DNA of 64,000 nt. It comes from Escherichia phage KIT06. Location: sequence record OQ349392.1; one strand, given 5' to 3'. The notes below the pieces were generated by a model, which was not told where the DNA came from, ran no database searches, and saw only the letters and a list, made by a program, of their open reading frames with translations. A program made the translations under genes and the position numbers. Shown here one piece after another: positions 42,944 through 53,811 of this stretch. The first letter of the stretch is position 1; each line of letters opens with the position of its first letter.

Positions 42944-43209
42944 TGTTTGTTGTTCATACTATTTATGAAAATGAAGGTAATACTACACGTGATTACGGTC
43001 ACGTAAATCAATTTTTTAGATGCAATCCAGAATTCCGTGCTCAAAAAGACGAACGAATTTTTAAAAAATGTGTAGAACAAGGTTTCATTTACGTCAAGCA
43101 CTGGATGCAAGGAAATAAAGTTAGAACTACATATCATAAGTCTTTGCCTGAGCTTAATGATGAATTGATTTATAATAGAGCTGTAAACCAAACCTTGAAG
43201 GATGAATAA
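42943..43209 (+). CDS. Hypothetical protein (88 aa)
   Basis: ORF with TAATG overlap; directly precedes ligase. Confidence 0.5.
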   Translation: MFVVHTIYENEGNTTRDYGHVNQFFRCNPEFRAQKDERIFKKCVEQGFIYVKHWMQGNKVRTTYHKSLPELNDELIYNRAVNQTLKDE

Positions 43210-44669
43210 TGATTCTTAAAATTCTGAATGAAATAGCATCTATTGGTTCAACTAAGCAGAAGCAAGCAATTCTTGAAAAGAATAAAGATAATGAATTGCT
43301 TAAACGAGTATATCGTCTGACTTATTCTCGTGGGTTACAGTATTATATCAAGAAATGGCCTAAACCTGGTATTGCTACCCAGAGTTTTGGAATGCTGACT
43401 ATTACCGATATGCTTGACTTCATTGAATTCACGTTAGCTACTCGGAAATTAACTGGCAATGCAGCAATTGAGGAATTAACTGGATATATCACCGATGGTA
43501 AAAAGGATGATGTTGAAGTTTTGCGTCGAGTTATGATGCGAGACCTTGAATGCGGTGCTTCAGTATCTATTGCAAACAAAGTTTGGCCAGGTTTAATTCC
43601 TGAACAACCTCAAATGCTGGCAAGTTCTTATGATGAAAAAGGCATTAGTAAGAATATCAAGTTTCCAGCTTTTGCGCAGTTAAAAGCAGATGGAGCTCGG
43701 TGTTTTGCTGAAGTCCGAGGTGATGAATTAGATGATGTTCGTCTTTTATCACGAGCTGGCAATGAATACCTAGGATTAGATCTTCTTAAGGAAGAGTTAA
43801 TCAAAATGACTGCTGAAGCCCGCCAGATTCATCCAGAAGGTGTGTTAATTGATGGCGAATTGGTATACCATGAGCAAGTTGAAAAGGAACCAGAAGGCCT
43901 AGATTTTCTTTTTGATGCTCCTGAAATCAGTAAAGCTAAAGAATTCGCCGAAGTAGCTGAATCACGTACTGCTTCTAATGGAATCGCCAATAAATCTTTA
44001 AAGGGAACTATTTCAGAAAAAGAAGCCAAATGTATGAAGTTTCAGGTCTGGGATTATGTTCCGTTGGTAGAAATATACGGTCTTCCGGCGTTTCGTTTAA
44101 AATATGATGTACGTTTTTCTAAACTAGAACAAATGACATCAGGATATGATAAAGTAATTTTAATTGAAAACCAAGTAGTAAATAACCTAGATGAAGCTAA
44201 GGTAATTTATAAAAAATATATTGACCAAGGTCTTGAAGGTATTATTCTCAAAAATACCGATGGATTGTGGGAAAATGCTCGTTCAAAAAATCTCTATAAA
44301 TTTAAAGAAGTAATTGATGTTGATTTAAAAATTGTAGGAATTTATCCTCACCGTAAAGACCCTACTAAAGCAGGTGGATTTATTCTTGAGTCAGAGTGTG
44401 GAAAAATTAAAGTAAATGCTGGTTCAGGCTTAAAAGATAAAGCCGGTGTAAAATCACATGAACTTGACCGTACTCGCATTATGGAAAACCAAAATTATTA
44501 TATTGGAAAAATTCTAGAGTGCGAATGCAACGGTTGGCTAAAATCTGATGGCCGCACTGATTACGTAAAATTATTTCTTCCAATTGCGATTCGTTTGCGT
44601 GAAGATAAAACAAAAGCTAATACATTCGAGGATGTATTTGGTGATTTTCATGAGGTAACTGGTCTATGA
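43209..44669 (+). CDS. 30: ATP-dependent DNA ligase (486 aa)
   Basis: Recognised as T4 DNA ligase (MILKILNEIASIGSTKQKQAILEKNKDNELLKRVYRL...); adenylation lysine motif in FAQLKADGAR. Confidence 0.95.
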   Translation: MILKILNEIASIGSTKQKQAILEKNKDNELLKRVYRLTYSRGLQYYIKKWPKPGIATQSFGMLTITDMLDFIEFTLATRKLTGNAAIEELTGYITDGKKDDVEVLRRVMMRDLECGASVSIANKVWPGLIPEQPQMLASSYDEKGISKNIKFPAFAQLKADGARCFAEVRGDELDDVRLLSRAGNEYLGLDLLKEELIKMTAEARQIHPEGVLIDGELVYHEQVEKEPEGLDFLFDAPEISKAKEFAEVAESRTASNGIANKSLKGTISEKEAKCMKFQVWDYVPLVEIYGLPAFRLKYDVRFSKLEQMTSGYDKVILIENQVVNNLDEAKVIYKKYIDQGLEGIILKNTDGLWENARSKNLYKFKEVIDVDLKIVGIYPHRKDPTKAGGFILESECGKIKVNAGSGLKDKAGVKSHELDRTRIMENQNYYIGKILECECNGWLKSDGRTDYVKLFLPIAIRLREDKTKANTFEDVFGDFHEVTGL

Positions 44670-44854
44670 AAGCTTACTTAGAAACAATTGTCATTGCTCA
44701 AAAAGAAGGTGGAGATGTTTCTACTTCTGTATCACAAGTCATTCTCGAATTTGTAGATGCATATGCTTATAATAAATTTACAGAAACATTTGATGCCTAC
44801 GAAAAAGGTCCAAAGTTTGAAATATATCGTACTCTCTTACCATTAGATTATTAA
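44666..44854 (+). CDS. Hypothetical protein (62 aa)
   Basis: ORF with ATGA overlap to ligase; followed by hairpin terminator. Confidence 0.45.
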   Translation: MKAYLETIVIAQKEGGDVSTSVSQVILEFVDAYAYNKFTETFDAYEKGPKFEIYRTLLPLDY

Positions 44855-44876
44855 AGGCCTTCGGGCCTTTAATTTT
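44853..44876 (+). terminator. Hairpin terminator
   Basis: AAAGGCC-TTCG-GGCCTTT hairpin followed by AATTTT. Confidence 0.55.
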
Positions 44877-44883
44877 ATAAATA
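44876..44883 (+). promoter_or_regulatory. Late promoter TATAAATA upstream of alt
   Basis: Exact TATAAATA about 20 nt upstream of the alt ATG. Confidence 0.6.
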
Positions 44884-44903
44884 GAATAAACACTAGAGAG
44901 GAT

Positions 44904-47000
44904 ATGATGGAACTCATTACAGAATTATTTGACGAAGATACTACTCTTCCGATTACAAACTTAAATCCAAAGAAGAAAATACCGCAAATTTTTTCAGTTC
45001 ATGTTGATGACGCAATTGAACAACCAGGCTTTCGTTTATGTACCTATACATCTGGAGGTGATACTAACCGTGATCTAAAGATGGGCGATAAAATGATGCA
45101 CATTGTTCCTTTTACATTAACTGCTAAAGGTTCAATTGCTAAATTGAAAGGTCTCGGTCCAAGCCCAATTAATTACATCAATTCAGTTTTTACTGTTGCG
45201 ATGCAAACGATGCGTCAGTATAAAATTGATGCCTGCATGCTTCGTATTCTTAAGTCTAAAACTGCCGGTCAAGCTCGACAAATTCAAGTTATTGCTGATA
45301 GACTTATCCGTAGTCGTTCGGGTGGCAGATACGTCCTTCTTAAGGAACTCTGGGATTACGATAAAAAGTACGCATATATTCTTATACATCGCAAAAATGT
45401 ATCACTAGAAGACATTCCAGGAGTTCCGGAAATTAGTACCGAGCTCTTTACTAAAGTTGAATCGAAAGTCGGCGATGTTTATATCAATAAAGATACTGGA
45501 GCTCAAGTAACTAAAAATGAGGCAATTGCTGCATCTATTGCGCAAGAAAATGATAAGCGTTCTGACCAAGCTGTAATCGTTAAAGTTAAAATTTCCCGTA
45601 GAGCAATTGCGCAAAGTCAGTCATTGGAATCTTCTAGATTTGAAAGCGAATTATTCCAGAAATATGAATCTACCGCAGCTAATTTCAATAAACCCGCTAC
45701 AGCTCCTTTAATTCCCGAAGCAGAAGAAATGAAGCTTGGAATTAATTCATTAGCTTCTAAAACTAAGGCAGCAAAAATTATTGCTGAAGGAACTGCAGAT
45801 GAACTTCACTATGACTATAAATTCTTTTCAAAAAGTGAGGTTAATGAAGTTTCTGAAAAAATTAAAGACGTAATTCTTAATGCGATTAAAAATGAACCAA
45901 CTACTTCAATAAAATGTTTAGAGAAGTATGCAGCAGCTATTAATAAATTCTTTGAAGAATATAAAGATACTTGGCTTGATAAACATAATAAAACCCGTAA
46001 AGGACAGCCAGATGAAGTCTGGGAAGAAATAACTAAAAATTCCTGGAACGCAGCAAAAACTAAATTCCTCAAACGAATGATTTATAGCTTTTCTGGAATT
46101 GGTGCAGGTCCAATGATTGATATTACTATTGCCCGTGATGGTTCTAAATATACTCCATCACAAAAGCGCGGCATTAGAGAATATTGTGGTTCAGGATATA
46201 CTGACATCAATAATCTTCTTTTAGGACGCTACAATCCAGAACGATATGATGTAATGAGTGAAAAAGAAATTGAATCTGCGATAAATAATTTAGATTCAGC
46301 CTTTGAAAATGGTGACCGTATACCAGAAGGCATTACAGTTTATCGTGCTCAAAGTATGACTGCTCCTATATACGAAGCGCTAGTTAAAAATAAAGTGTTC
46401 TATTTCAGAAATTTTGTATCTACTTCTTTAACTCCTATCATTTTTGGACGTTTTGGAATTACACATGCTGGTATCGGTCTTTTAGAACCAGAAGCTCGTA
46501 ATGAATTAACAGTTGATAAAAATGAAGAAGGAATAACTATTAATCCGAACGAAATAAGAGCGTATAAAGAAAATCCTGAATACGTTAAAGTTCAAATAGG
46601 ATGGGCAATTGATGGAGCTCATAAAGTTAATGTTGTATATCCAGGGAGTCTCGGAATAGCAACAGAAGCTGAAGTAATTCTACCACGCGGATTGATGGTC
46701 AAAGTTAATAAAATAACTGATGCTTCTAATAATGACGGAACAACATCTAATAACACAAAACTCATTCAAGCTGAAGTTATGACTACGGAAGAACTCACCG
46801 AATCAGTAATTTATGACGGTGACCGTCTAATGGAAACTGGTGAAGTAGTTGCAATGACAGATGATATTGAAATAGAAGACAGAGTTGACTTTGCATCATT
46901 TGTTTCATCAAATGTTAAACAGAAAGCAGAATCATCTCTCGGAATTATTGCGTCTTGCATAGATATTACAAACATGCCTTACAAGTTCGTTCAAGGATAA
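44904..47000 (+). CDS. alt: ADP-ribosyltransferase Alt (about 697 aa), capsid-packaged
   Basis: N-terminus MELITELFDEDTTLPITNL as T4 Alt; C-terminal half has R / S-T-S / E-x-E ART signatures (YR, FVSTSL, EAEV); start probably ATG 44907. Confidence 0.85.
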   Translation: MMELITELFDEDTTLPITNLNPKKKIPQIFSVHVDDAIEQPGFRLCTYTSGGDTNRDLKMGDKMMHIVPFTLTAKGSIAKLKGLGPSPINYINSVFTVAMQTMRQYKIDACMLRILKSKTAGQARQIQVIADRLIRSRSGGRYVLLKELWDYDKKYAYILIHRKNVSLEDIPGVPEISTELFTKVESKVGDVYINKDTGAQVTKNEAIAASIAQENDKRSDQAVIVKVKISRRAIAQSQSLESSRFESELFQKYESTAANFNKPATAPLIPEAEEMKLGINSLASKTKAAKIIAEGTADELHYDYKFFSKSEVNEVSEKIKDVILNAIKNEPTTSIKCLEKYAAAINKFFEEYKDTWLDKHNKTRKGQPDEVWEEITKNSWNAAKTKFLKRMIYSFSGIGAGPMIDITIARDGSKYTPSQKRGIREYCGSGYTDINNLLLGRYNPERYDVMSEKEIESAINNLDSAFENGDRIPEGITVYRAQSMTAPIYEALVKNKVFYFRNFVSTSLTPIIFGRFGITHAGIGLLEPEARNELTVDKNEEGITINPNEIRAYKENPEYVKVQIGWAIDGAHKVNVVYPGSLGIATEAEVILPRGLMVKVNKITDASNNDGTTSNNTKLIQAEVMTTEELTESVIYDGDRLMETGEVVAMTDDIEIEDRVDFASFVSSNVKQKAESSLGIIASCIDITNMPYKFVQG

Positions 47001-47003
47001 ATC

Positions 47004-49061
47004 ATGGAACTTATTACAGAATTATTTGACGGCGCTTCGGCGCCGGTTGTTAACTTAAATCCTAAGCATAAAATACCTCAAATTTTTGCTATTCAAGCCG
47101 GCGAAGAAAGTGTGCTTCCTGGATTTAGATTTTGTACATACACCTCTGGCGGTGATACAAATAAAAACGTTAAGCCAGGCGATAAAATGATGCATATCGT
47201 AATGATAGGTGTTAATGAGAAACTATCATTAGTTAAACTTAAAAACTTGGGTGGAAATCCAATTGGTGTCATTAATGCAGTTTTTGATACTGCTCTTCAA
47301 ACAATGAAACAGTATAAAATTGACGCATGCTTATTCCGCGTACTAAAGAGTAAAACAAATGGCGCTGCTCGTCAAATGCAAGTTATTGCCGACCGTTTAG
47401 TACGTACTAAAGGAGCAGGTCGATATGTTCTTTTAAAGGAAATCTGGGACTATGATAAGAAATATGCATATATTATGGTTTACCGTAAAAATGCCAATTT
47501 AGAAGACATTCCAGGTGTACCTCCTATTTCAACTGAGTTATTCACAAAAGTTGAATCAAAGGTTGGTGATGTTTATGTAGATGTTAAAACAGGTAATGCT
47601 GTTCCTAAAGCTGTTGCTGTTGCTGCTTCTATTGCTTTAGAAAATGATAAGCGTACGGATCAAGCTGTTATTCAGAAAACTAAAATTAGCCGTCGATTAG
47701 CAGCTCAGGCTCAATATTCTACTGTCGATGCTTCACTTCAGGGTGATAGCTTCGCTGCTAAGAAATATCAAGAGTTTGAATCTAAAGTTCCGGTATATAA
47801 AGCAGAAGGACCAATGAACTCTGGCGTTATTCAGGTTGGTTCAAACTTCAGTAAAGGAGCTATCGGTGGTATGAGAAGTGCTTCTCGTTTTAAATCTAGT
47901 GATTATGAACTAGAAAGCTTCAGAAATCATATTGCATTGGCTCATGCACGTTTACGTGATCCATCTATCAAGTTACAGAGCGATATAACATATCAAGGTT
48001 CTCAGGAATATTTAAAGAATAAAGAATTTTTTGATTATAAAACTGATAAAATTTTAAGCGATCTCGCTGACATTAATATTTCTAATAGCTTTGATGTTAT
48101 TAAGAAAATTATCAATGATTTAGTTAAAGGTTCTAAAGCCACGCCAGATGAAAAGGTAGCTATTGTTCAATTTGTCATGAATGGCATTTATAAATTGATT
48201 AATGAGTCTGCTTCTCAAGCGTATGAATATGCAAGTACTGAAGTACCCCCAAAAGGATTAACTCGGGCTGAGTCTGATGTAATTGAAGATTATTGCGCAG
48301 ATTCATATGTTGAAATGAACTCGTTCCTTTTAGGTAAACCAGATTCTACTCGTGAAGAATACATGGAACGAGCTATTAAACACATCGAGACAATGGATTC
48401 TGCCTTTGCCAAAGGATCAGTTCTTCCTCCAGGAACTACGCTTTATCGTGGACAAGAAGTTACTTTTAAAACTTTACGCCATAATATTGAAAATAAAATG
48501 TTCTATTTCAAGAACTTCGTATCAACATCGCTTAAACCAAATATCTTCGGTGAGTATGGTAAAAACTATATGGCCCTAGATGATTCTGGTGCAGTATTTT
48601 CTGGTGAAGGAGAAGGTTCAGTTGATGCTGAAGATTTAATGCATATGGGCAGTCACTCTGCTTACGCGAATGAAGATGCTGAAACTAGCGTGGGTATGGT
48701 AATTAAAGGGGCTGAGCGAATCAAAGTTATCGTTCCAGGTCATTTATCAGGATTTCCATCAGAAGCTGAAGTTATTCTACCGCGCGGAATTTTACTGAAG
48801 ATTAATAAAGTAAGTACGTACTTTATGAAAGAAACTGCTTATAACAAGTATCTAATAGAAGGTACAATCGTTCCTCCTTCTGAACAATTAGAGGAATCGG
48901 TATATGATGGCGAGCATCTAATGGAAACTGGCGAAGTTCGTCCAATGGCTGGATTTAATCAATTCCTTGTAGAAGAATCAAAAGAAGAGGAAAACGAAGT
49001 TTCTCAAATCTTGGCTTCTTTGGTTAACATCAACGGAATGTCTAAAAAGTTCAAAATGTAG
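47004..49061 (+). CDS. Second Alt-like ADP-ribosyltransferase paralog (685 aa)
   Basis: N-terminal ~230 aa closely parallel the upstream alt; divergent C-terminal half keeps YR...FVSTSL...EAEVILPRG motifs. Confidence 0.7.
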   Translation: MELITELFDGASAPVVNLNPKHKIPQIFAIQAGEESVLPGFRFCTYTSGGDTNKNVKPGDKMMHIVMIGVNEKLSLVKLKNLGGNPIGVINAVFDTALQTMKQYKIDACLFRVLKSKTNGAARQMQVIADRLVRTKGAGRYVLLKEIWDYDKKYAYIMVYRKNANLEDIPGVPPISTELFTKVESKVGDVYVDVKTGNAVPKAVAVAASIALENDKRTDQAVIQKTKISRRLAAQAQYSTVDASLQGDSFAAKKYQEFESKVPVYKAEGPMNSGVIQVGSNFSKGAIGGMRSASRFKSSDYELESFRNHIALAHARLRDPSIKLQSDITYQGSQEYLKNKEFFDYKTDKILSDLADINISNSFDVIKKIINDLVKGSKATPDEKVAIVQFVMNGIYKLINESASQAYEYASTEVPPKGLTRAESDVIEDYCADSYVEMNSFLLGKPDSTREEYMERAIKHIETMDSAFAKGSVLPPGTTLYRGQEVTFKTLRHNIENKMFYFKNFVSTSLKPNIFGEYGKNYMALDDSGAVFSGEGEGSVDAEDLMHMGSHSAYANEDAETSVGMVIKGAERIKVIVPGHLSGFPSEAEVILPRGILLKINKVSTYFMKETAYNKYLIEGTIVPPSEQLEESVYDGEHLMETGEVRPMAGFNQFLVEESKEEENEVSQILASLVNINGMSKKFKM

Positions 49062-49114
49062 TTTACAAGTCCCTCGTGTTGTGTTACAGTAGTCTTACTG
49101 ACATAACATGAGGA
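49061..49114 (+). repeat. 54 bp promoter/5'UTR cassette, copy 2
   Basis: Identical to 33966-34019. Confidence 0.8.
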
Positions 49115-49121
49115 ACACAAA

Positions 49122-49412
49122 ATGAAATCTTCTTTACGCTTTTTAGGTCAAGAACTTGTAGTTGAAGGCGTTATTCCTGCTGATAATGCTTTTAATGAAG
49201 CAGTTTACGATGAATTTATTAAAATTTTTGGAACAGATAAAAAGTTCGGAATTTTTCCTTCTGAAAATTTTTCAAAGCCAGAACAGACTGAAAGCATTTT
49301 CCAAGGTGTAGTAACAGGCAAATTTGAGTCAGAAGCTCCGGTAAAAATTGAAGTTTATATTGAAGACAGTTTAGTTGCTTCAGTTGCTGCTTTTATTTCA
49401 TTCCGTAAATAA
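49122..49412 (+). CDS. Hypothetical protein (96 aa)
   Basis: ORF with SD GAGGAACA; followed by bidirectional hairpin. Confidence 0.5.
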   Translation: MKSSLRFLGQELVVEGVIPADNAFNEAVYDEFIKIFGTDKKFGIFPSENFSKPEQTESIFQGVVTGKFESEAPVKIEVYIEDSLVASVAAFISFRK

Positions 49413-49418
49413 AAACAT

Positions 49419-49436
49419 GGGGACCGAAAGGTCCCC
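49419..49436. terminator. Bidirectional hairpin terminator between convergent genes
   Basis: GGGGACC-GAAA-GGTCCCC perfect 7 bp stem; A-run upstream and T-rich downstream. Confidence 0.6.
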
Positions 49437-49440
49437 GTTG

Positions 49441-50406
49441 TTATATTGCTCCTAATATTTTACTCTGCGAATTGACAATCCCTGTCATAGTATTAATGTT
49501 TGAAATGCTTCCCGCAGTTCCTCCTAATCTACTAAGTCGTGAAAGCGAATTAGATAGTCCAGTAACACCTCCGCTATTTCCGAGAACGCTTTGAATGCCA
49601 TTTATAGCAGCAGATTCAAGCCATTCAAGCGCAGCTTGTCTATCAACCGACCCAGCCTGCATGACTCTATACGCAAAAGTAACATCAAATGTAGTTATTT
49701 GGTTATCTCCATCATATGATAACTCAGGAGCGCTCACTGACACTGGAATGCATCCGGTGAACATCACCGCAGTATGAGGCAATCCATTGCGAGCATGAAG
49801 ATTAACTTGAATATCTGCCTCGACATCTTGTGGCAAAGCACGCAATCCAGTTACTGGGTCTTGAACAGCGTTAACCCAGTCTTGCATTGCACGATAGTTA
49901 CATGCTTCTGAATCCATTCTAAATGAAATAACCAAAGGGTCTAATTCTCTTCCGGTTATGCGAATATTAGGAGAATTGTAGTTCCAGTCAGTTTCATAGG
50001 ATAATCTATTCTCTGGCATTTTTACAGAATATATCATCAATCCAGATGAGTTATATGCCATGTTAAAGAAGTCAATTAAATATGTACCAACTGTAAATGA
50101 GCCCAATAAACTTTGAACCGTACGTTGACTCATGGCACCAATAAGATATTTACTAACCCCTGATTTTCTTATCAGTTTTTGTGTGCCAGCTGTAATTAGC
50201 GTAGTAATTCCCTGATTAATATCACCTTGAGTTAATCCTAACCAATCTGAATTTAGGCCCAAGTTATTATAAGAAAAGTTGCTAATTGAACTTATCAACG
50301 AAGAGCTTTTAGTTGATGGAGTTGTTGCAAAAACGCAGCTAAACATATTATTACGTTGGAAATCTGCGTTTATTGCTTGATTATTAAATTCCTCTAAAGA
50401 ATACAT
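49441..50406 (-). CDS. 54: Baseplate tail-tube initiator gp54 (321 aa)
   Basis: Length and position in the 51-27-28-29-48-54 block. Confidence 0.85.
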   Translation of the reverse strand: MYSLEEFNNQAINADFQRNNMFSCVFATTPSTKSSSLISSISNFSYNNLGLNSDWLGLTQGDINQGITTLITAGTQKLIRKSGVSKYLIGAMSQRTVQSLLGSFTVGTYLIDFFNMAYNSSGLMIYSVKMPENRLSYETDWNYNSPNIRITGRELDPLVISFRMDSEACNYRAMQDWVNAVQDPVTGLRALPQDVEADIQVNLHARNGLPHTAVMFTGCIPVSVSAPELSYDGDNQITTFDVTFAYRVMQAGSVDRQAALEWLESAAINGIQSVLGNSGGVTGLSNSLSRLSRLGGTAGSISNINTMTGIVNSQSKILGAI

Positions 50407-51500
50407 TAAAAAGTCCCCGCATATAAAGAAGCACGGTTTAACGTGATAATTTCTCTCATAGTAATCTCGAGAGTAAATGTACTAGGGAGGTTTGGAGCAA
50501 TAGCTAATCCGTTAAAGTTACCATTAGGTGTTTTATCAAATCTAATGCTCTGTATTTGGCATGGACCAAATATTTCCGTTTTTCCATCAAACTTAGATGT
50601 TGCACCAAAGTTTTTCACCATCCAAACTGTCGGGTTTGAAACTACAAGAACGTTCGTTAAACTTGCTGTCATTTTCTCAAATAGTGTTTTATTTTTAGCT
50701 GCGTCTTCCGGAGATAAAGGTTCAATTAATGTAGAACGATACCAATCATCTAAATACCCCTTTATTTCAGCAGCATATTGAGATTTGCCAGTTTCACCAT
50801 AAGAAAAATAGTTAAAATATTGATAGATATTGATAATAGCCATCAAATCTTCTGTTGAACGTGGAGTCAAATCCCATGTAAACACTTTAGTTCTATTTTC
50901 AGCACCACCATACATACTTCTGGCTGTCGTATAAATCTGCTCATTATTATCAGCCATTATACCTTGTGTTATACTTTCCAGTGCCCCAAATACTGCGGTT
51001 GAAGCAATATTACTTAGCACACCAGTAGCAGTACCTCCGCCTCTACTAATAAGACTTTCTTGAACATCATTAAATCTATGTGATGATGTGTCAACATCAG
51101 ATTTAGATCTCGGTAAAAGAATGTTTGCGACAGGAGCTTTACTTATTGTTCCTGAATTGTTATTTGATATTAATCCATTTGATAGTTTTGATACTGTACT
51201 ACTAATAGTGTTTCTAGCTGTACTTAAAATACTCGAAGATGAAGAAGAGTAGTTAGATCTCATCGATCTAAGACTTCCAGAATCCCTAGATGACATATTG
51301 TATGCAGTAAATAATAATCCATTCTTATATAGATCTGTTACCTGGAAGTCCCCTGTAGTGTCATTACCACTAGCACGCCCAGTTGGAAACTGGGCGGTGT
51401 ATGTTTTAGTTGCTACTTCTGATTTAGTACTCTGTCCGGCTGAAATTTTCTCACCGGACTTTTTAATTAAATCAGCAGTTATTTCTTTAACAATTGCCAT
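50406..51500 (-). CDS. 48: Baseplate tail-tube cap protein gp48 (364 aa)
   Basis: 364 aa as T4 gp48; gene order. Confidence 0.85.
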   Translation of the reverse strand: MAIVKEITADLIKKSGEKISAGQSTKSEVATKTYTAQFPTGRASGNDTTGDFQVTDLYKNGLLFTAYNMSSRDSGSLRSMRSNYSSSSSSILSTARNTISSTVSKLSNGLISNNNSGTISKAPVANILLPRSKSDVDTSSHRFNDVQESLISRGGGTATGVLSNIASTAVFGALESITQGIMADNNEQIYTTARSMYGGAENRTKVFTWDLTPRSTEDLMAIINIYQYFNYFSYGETGKSQYAAEIKGYLDDWYRSTLIEPLSPEDAAKNKTLFEKMTASLTNVLVVSNPTVWMVKNFGATSKFDGKTEIFGPCQIQSIRFDKTPNGNFNGLAIAPNLPSTFTLEITMREIITLNRASLYAGTF

Positions 51501-51508
51501 ATTATTCC

Positions 51509-53281
51509 TTAATTAACTCCAGTCGCATCAAATACACCAGGAGCAGTTGTACTCGTAACAGGTGTCATATTATGAACGACAGTATTTTTCTTAACAACAT
51601 TATTAGTATTATTGATCGAAGGAGATGCTTGTTGAACAGGAGCTTGTTGTGCTTTGTTCTTTTCAATAACCTGGACCTGTTTAGCTTCTGGTGATTTAGC
51701 AGAAGTTTCAGGTTTGGCATTAGGCTGATTTTTCTTGAGCTCTTGATAAGTAGCATCAATTTTAGAAAATCTAGCAGCAAGTTCTTTTTTAACTGCCGGT
51801 GAATTATTTAAATCAGGGTCATCCATCCGTTTTTTAAGGTCTTCATAGGCAGCTTCAACTGATTTAACTGTTGAGTCTTTACTCATATCAGCCGAATCAG
51901 CATATTTTTCAAAGCGAATCATTGCGGCACGGGCTTCATTAGCCTTCATTAAAGCATTTTTTCTTTCTTCTGGTGAAAGTTGCTTTAATTTTTCTTCTTC
52001 TGCTGCACGTTCTTCGTCGGTAGTTAGTGCTTCTTTATTATCAACGCCACGAATCCAGTTAGATGCACGAGTTTTCCAATTAGCAATTTTATCTAATCCT
52101 TTTGCTATCGGACCAAGGTCTCCGTTCATTCGTTTATCTTGATAATTTGCAACTTTTTCCTGGTCTTCTTTATTGAGAGATGCTCCAGTAGAATTTTGGA
52201 AATTTTCTAGTGCTCTTCCTTCTACTTCATCAGCAGTATCCTTCATACCAGGAATGACTCGAAGAATTGCCGCAGATAATTTAGCCATACCTAATTGAAT
52301 AAGTTCACCTAAATTGTAAAGAACCTTTCCAAGCCCTTCTACAATAGCTACCGTCAAACCACCCCAATCTCCCTCTTCCCAGAATTTTTTAATTTCATCA
52401 ATAGAACTAAAGATGCTCTGTAATAAAGGACCCCATGTTCCGGTTTCGCTAGAGAATTTAGTAAAGTTTGAACTAAACAAATCCCAAGCCTGCGAAAATT
52501 TATCTGACCAATATTTAAAGTGAACCATCAGCAGATCTATTCCAACAACAACAGCCAATATCATTGCAGTCATTTTAGCGGCTTCAATAGCAGCACTGAC
52601 AGTATACTTAAATAACATGCTTGATATTTTATCAGTAATTGAAATGGATTTCTTAAATCCAAAATCAACAGTCTTTGTTAATTTATCTAAAGCTTGAGAT
52701 AATTTTAAGTTAAATGCGTCTTTTTTCTGTTTTTCTTCTGGCGATTCTTGTTTGGGCTCAACTGGCTGAGGGGTAGGGAAAAAATCAGCATCAGGATCAT
52801 TATTAACTGCTTCAGGAGCTGGTAATAAAGGACCAACAGATTCAGCTGTATCATCCTCAACAACTTTAACAGGAATAGCGCTTTCAACCGTGGCTAAACT
52901 AGTTCCTGTTTGTTGAATTCCGGCTGTCTGAATTTTTTGCTCTAGTAAACTCGTTAATTTATCTAATTTGCTCCCGAGTGATTCACCGATTTCTTTATTA
53001 ATATTATTGCCAATTTCGACAGTTTCAGCAATTAACTCAGAACCAGCAGTAGTATCACTCACTGCGTTTTCTACGCTGTCAATTGCTCCAATTATTTCAT
53101 TCGATTTTTCTTCGACAGTTTGAGCAATTAACTCAGAAGCAGCTTGAGCATCATCCAATTTCGTAGATATATCGTTAAGTCCAGATAAAGTGTTAGAAGC
53201 GGATTTAGCCGCTTCCTGTGTTGGTTTATTATCTGAAATAACTTTTCTACGCATCGTTTGCATTTCTTGTGGCTTTTTCAT
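51509..53281 (-). CDS. 29: Baseplate hub / tail-length determinator gp29 (590 aa)
   Basis: 590 aa as T4 gp29; gene order. Confidence 0.85.
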   Translation of the reverse strand: MKKPQEMQTMRRKVISDNKPTQEAAKSASNTLSGLNDISTKLDDAQAASELIAQTVEEKSNEIIGAIDSVENAVSDTTAGSELIAETVEIGNNINKEIGESLGSKLDKLTSLLEQKIQTAGIQQTGTSLATVESAIPVKVVEDDTAESVGPLLPAPEAVNNDPDADFFPTPQPVEPKQESPEEKQKKDAFNLKLSQALDKLTKTVDFGFKKSISITDKISSMLFKYTVSAAIEAAKMTAMILAVVVGIDLLMVHFKYWSDKFSQAWDLFSSNFTKFSSETGTWGPLLQSIFSSIDEIKKFWEEGDWGGLTVAIVEGLGKVLYNLGELIQLGMAKLSAAILRVIPGMKDTADEVEGRALENFQNSTGASLNKEDQEKVANYQDKRMNGDLGPIAKGLDKIANWKTRASNWIRGVDNKEALTTDEERAAEEEKLKQLSPEERKNALMKANEARAAMIRFEKYADSADMSKDSTVKSVEAAYEDLKKRMDDPDLNNSPAVKKELAARFSKIDATYQELKKNQPNAKPETSAKSPEAKQVQVIEKNKAQQAPVQQASPSINNTNNVVKKNTVVHNMTPVTSTTAPGVFDATGVN

Positions 53282-53811
53282 TCAAATAATCCAATAATAT
53301 TGCCAATTCCGGTTATTGGACCATTAGGGCCAGGAATTGCTAAAGTTGTAAAAATATCATTTGCCCATTTTAAAACGAATGCTGGCATCTCAAGAAAATT
53401 AATTTCTTTAACTTCATCATTGACCTTAAGCAAGCATTTGGATAACATATCGCTCACCGTTAAAAATTGTTCAAATTTTCCAGGAGGTCTAAAATAAAAT
53501 GTATTTCCTTGGTATTGAAATTCTAATCTTTGGCACACATAAACATCATTAATGTCATAAGTATAACCATCTATTTCTTTACGAGATTTAATCTTTCCAT
53601 TAAATTCCAATAAATGAATAGAAACGAAATCAACTTCTGCCGGTGATAAATTCGGACAAATAGAATCAATAAGAAGTTTTAAATTTTCATCAGGACCTTT
53701 AACATCTTTTAAAATGTTATAGTGTTTAAGACCCATTTTAGGAATAGAAACTTCTTTATTGCTTATTGGAAGAACTACTTTCTTCAGTGGTAGTATCAGA
53801 TTTAAATTCAT
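53278..53811 (-). CDS. 28: Baseplate hub distal subunit gp28 (177 aa)
   Basis: 177 aa as T4 gp28; overlaps the gene 27 3' end, so start may be internal. Confidence 0.8.
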   Translation of the reverse strand: MNLNLILPLKKVVLPISNKEVSIPKMGLKHYNILKDVKGPDENLKLLIDSICPNLSPAEVDFVSIHLLEFNGKIKSRKEIDGYTYDINDVYVCQRLEFQYQGNTFYFRPPGKFEQFLTVSDMLSKCLLKVNDEVKEINFLEMPAFVLKWANDIFTTLAIPGPNGPITGIGNIIGLFE

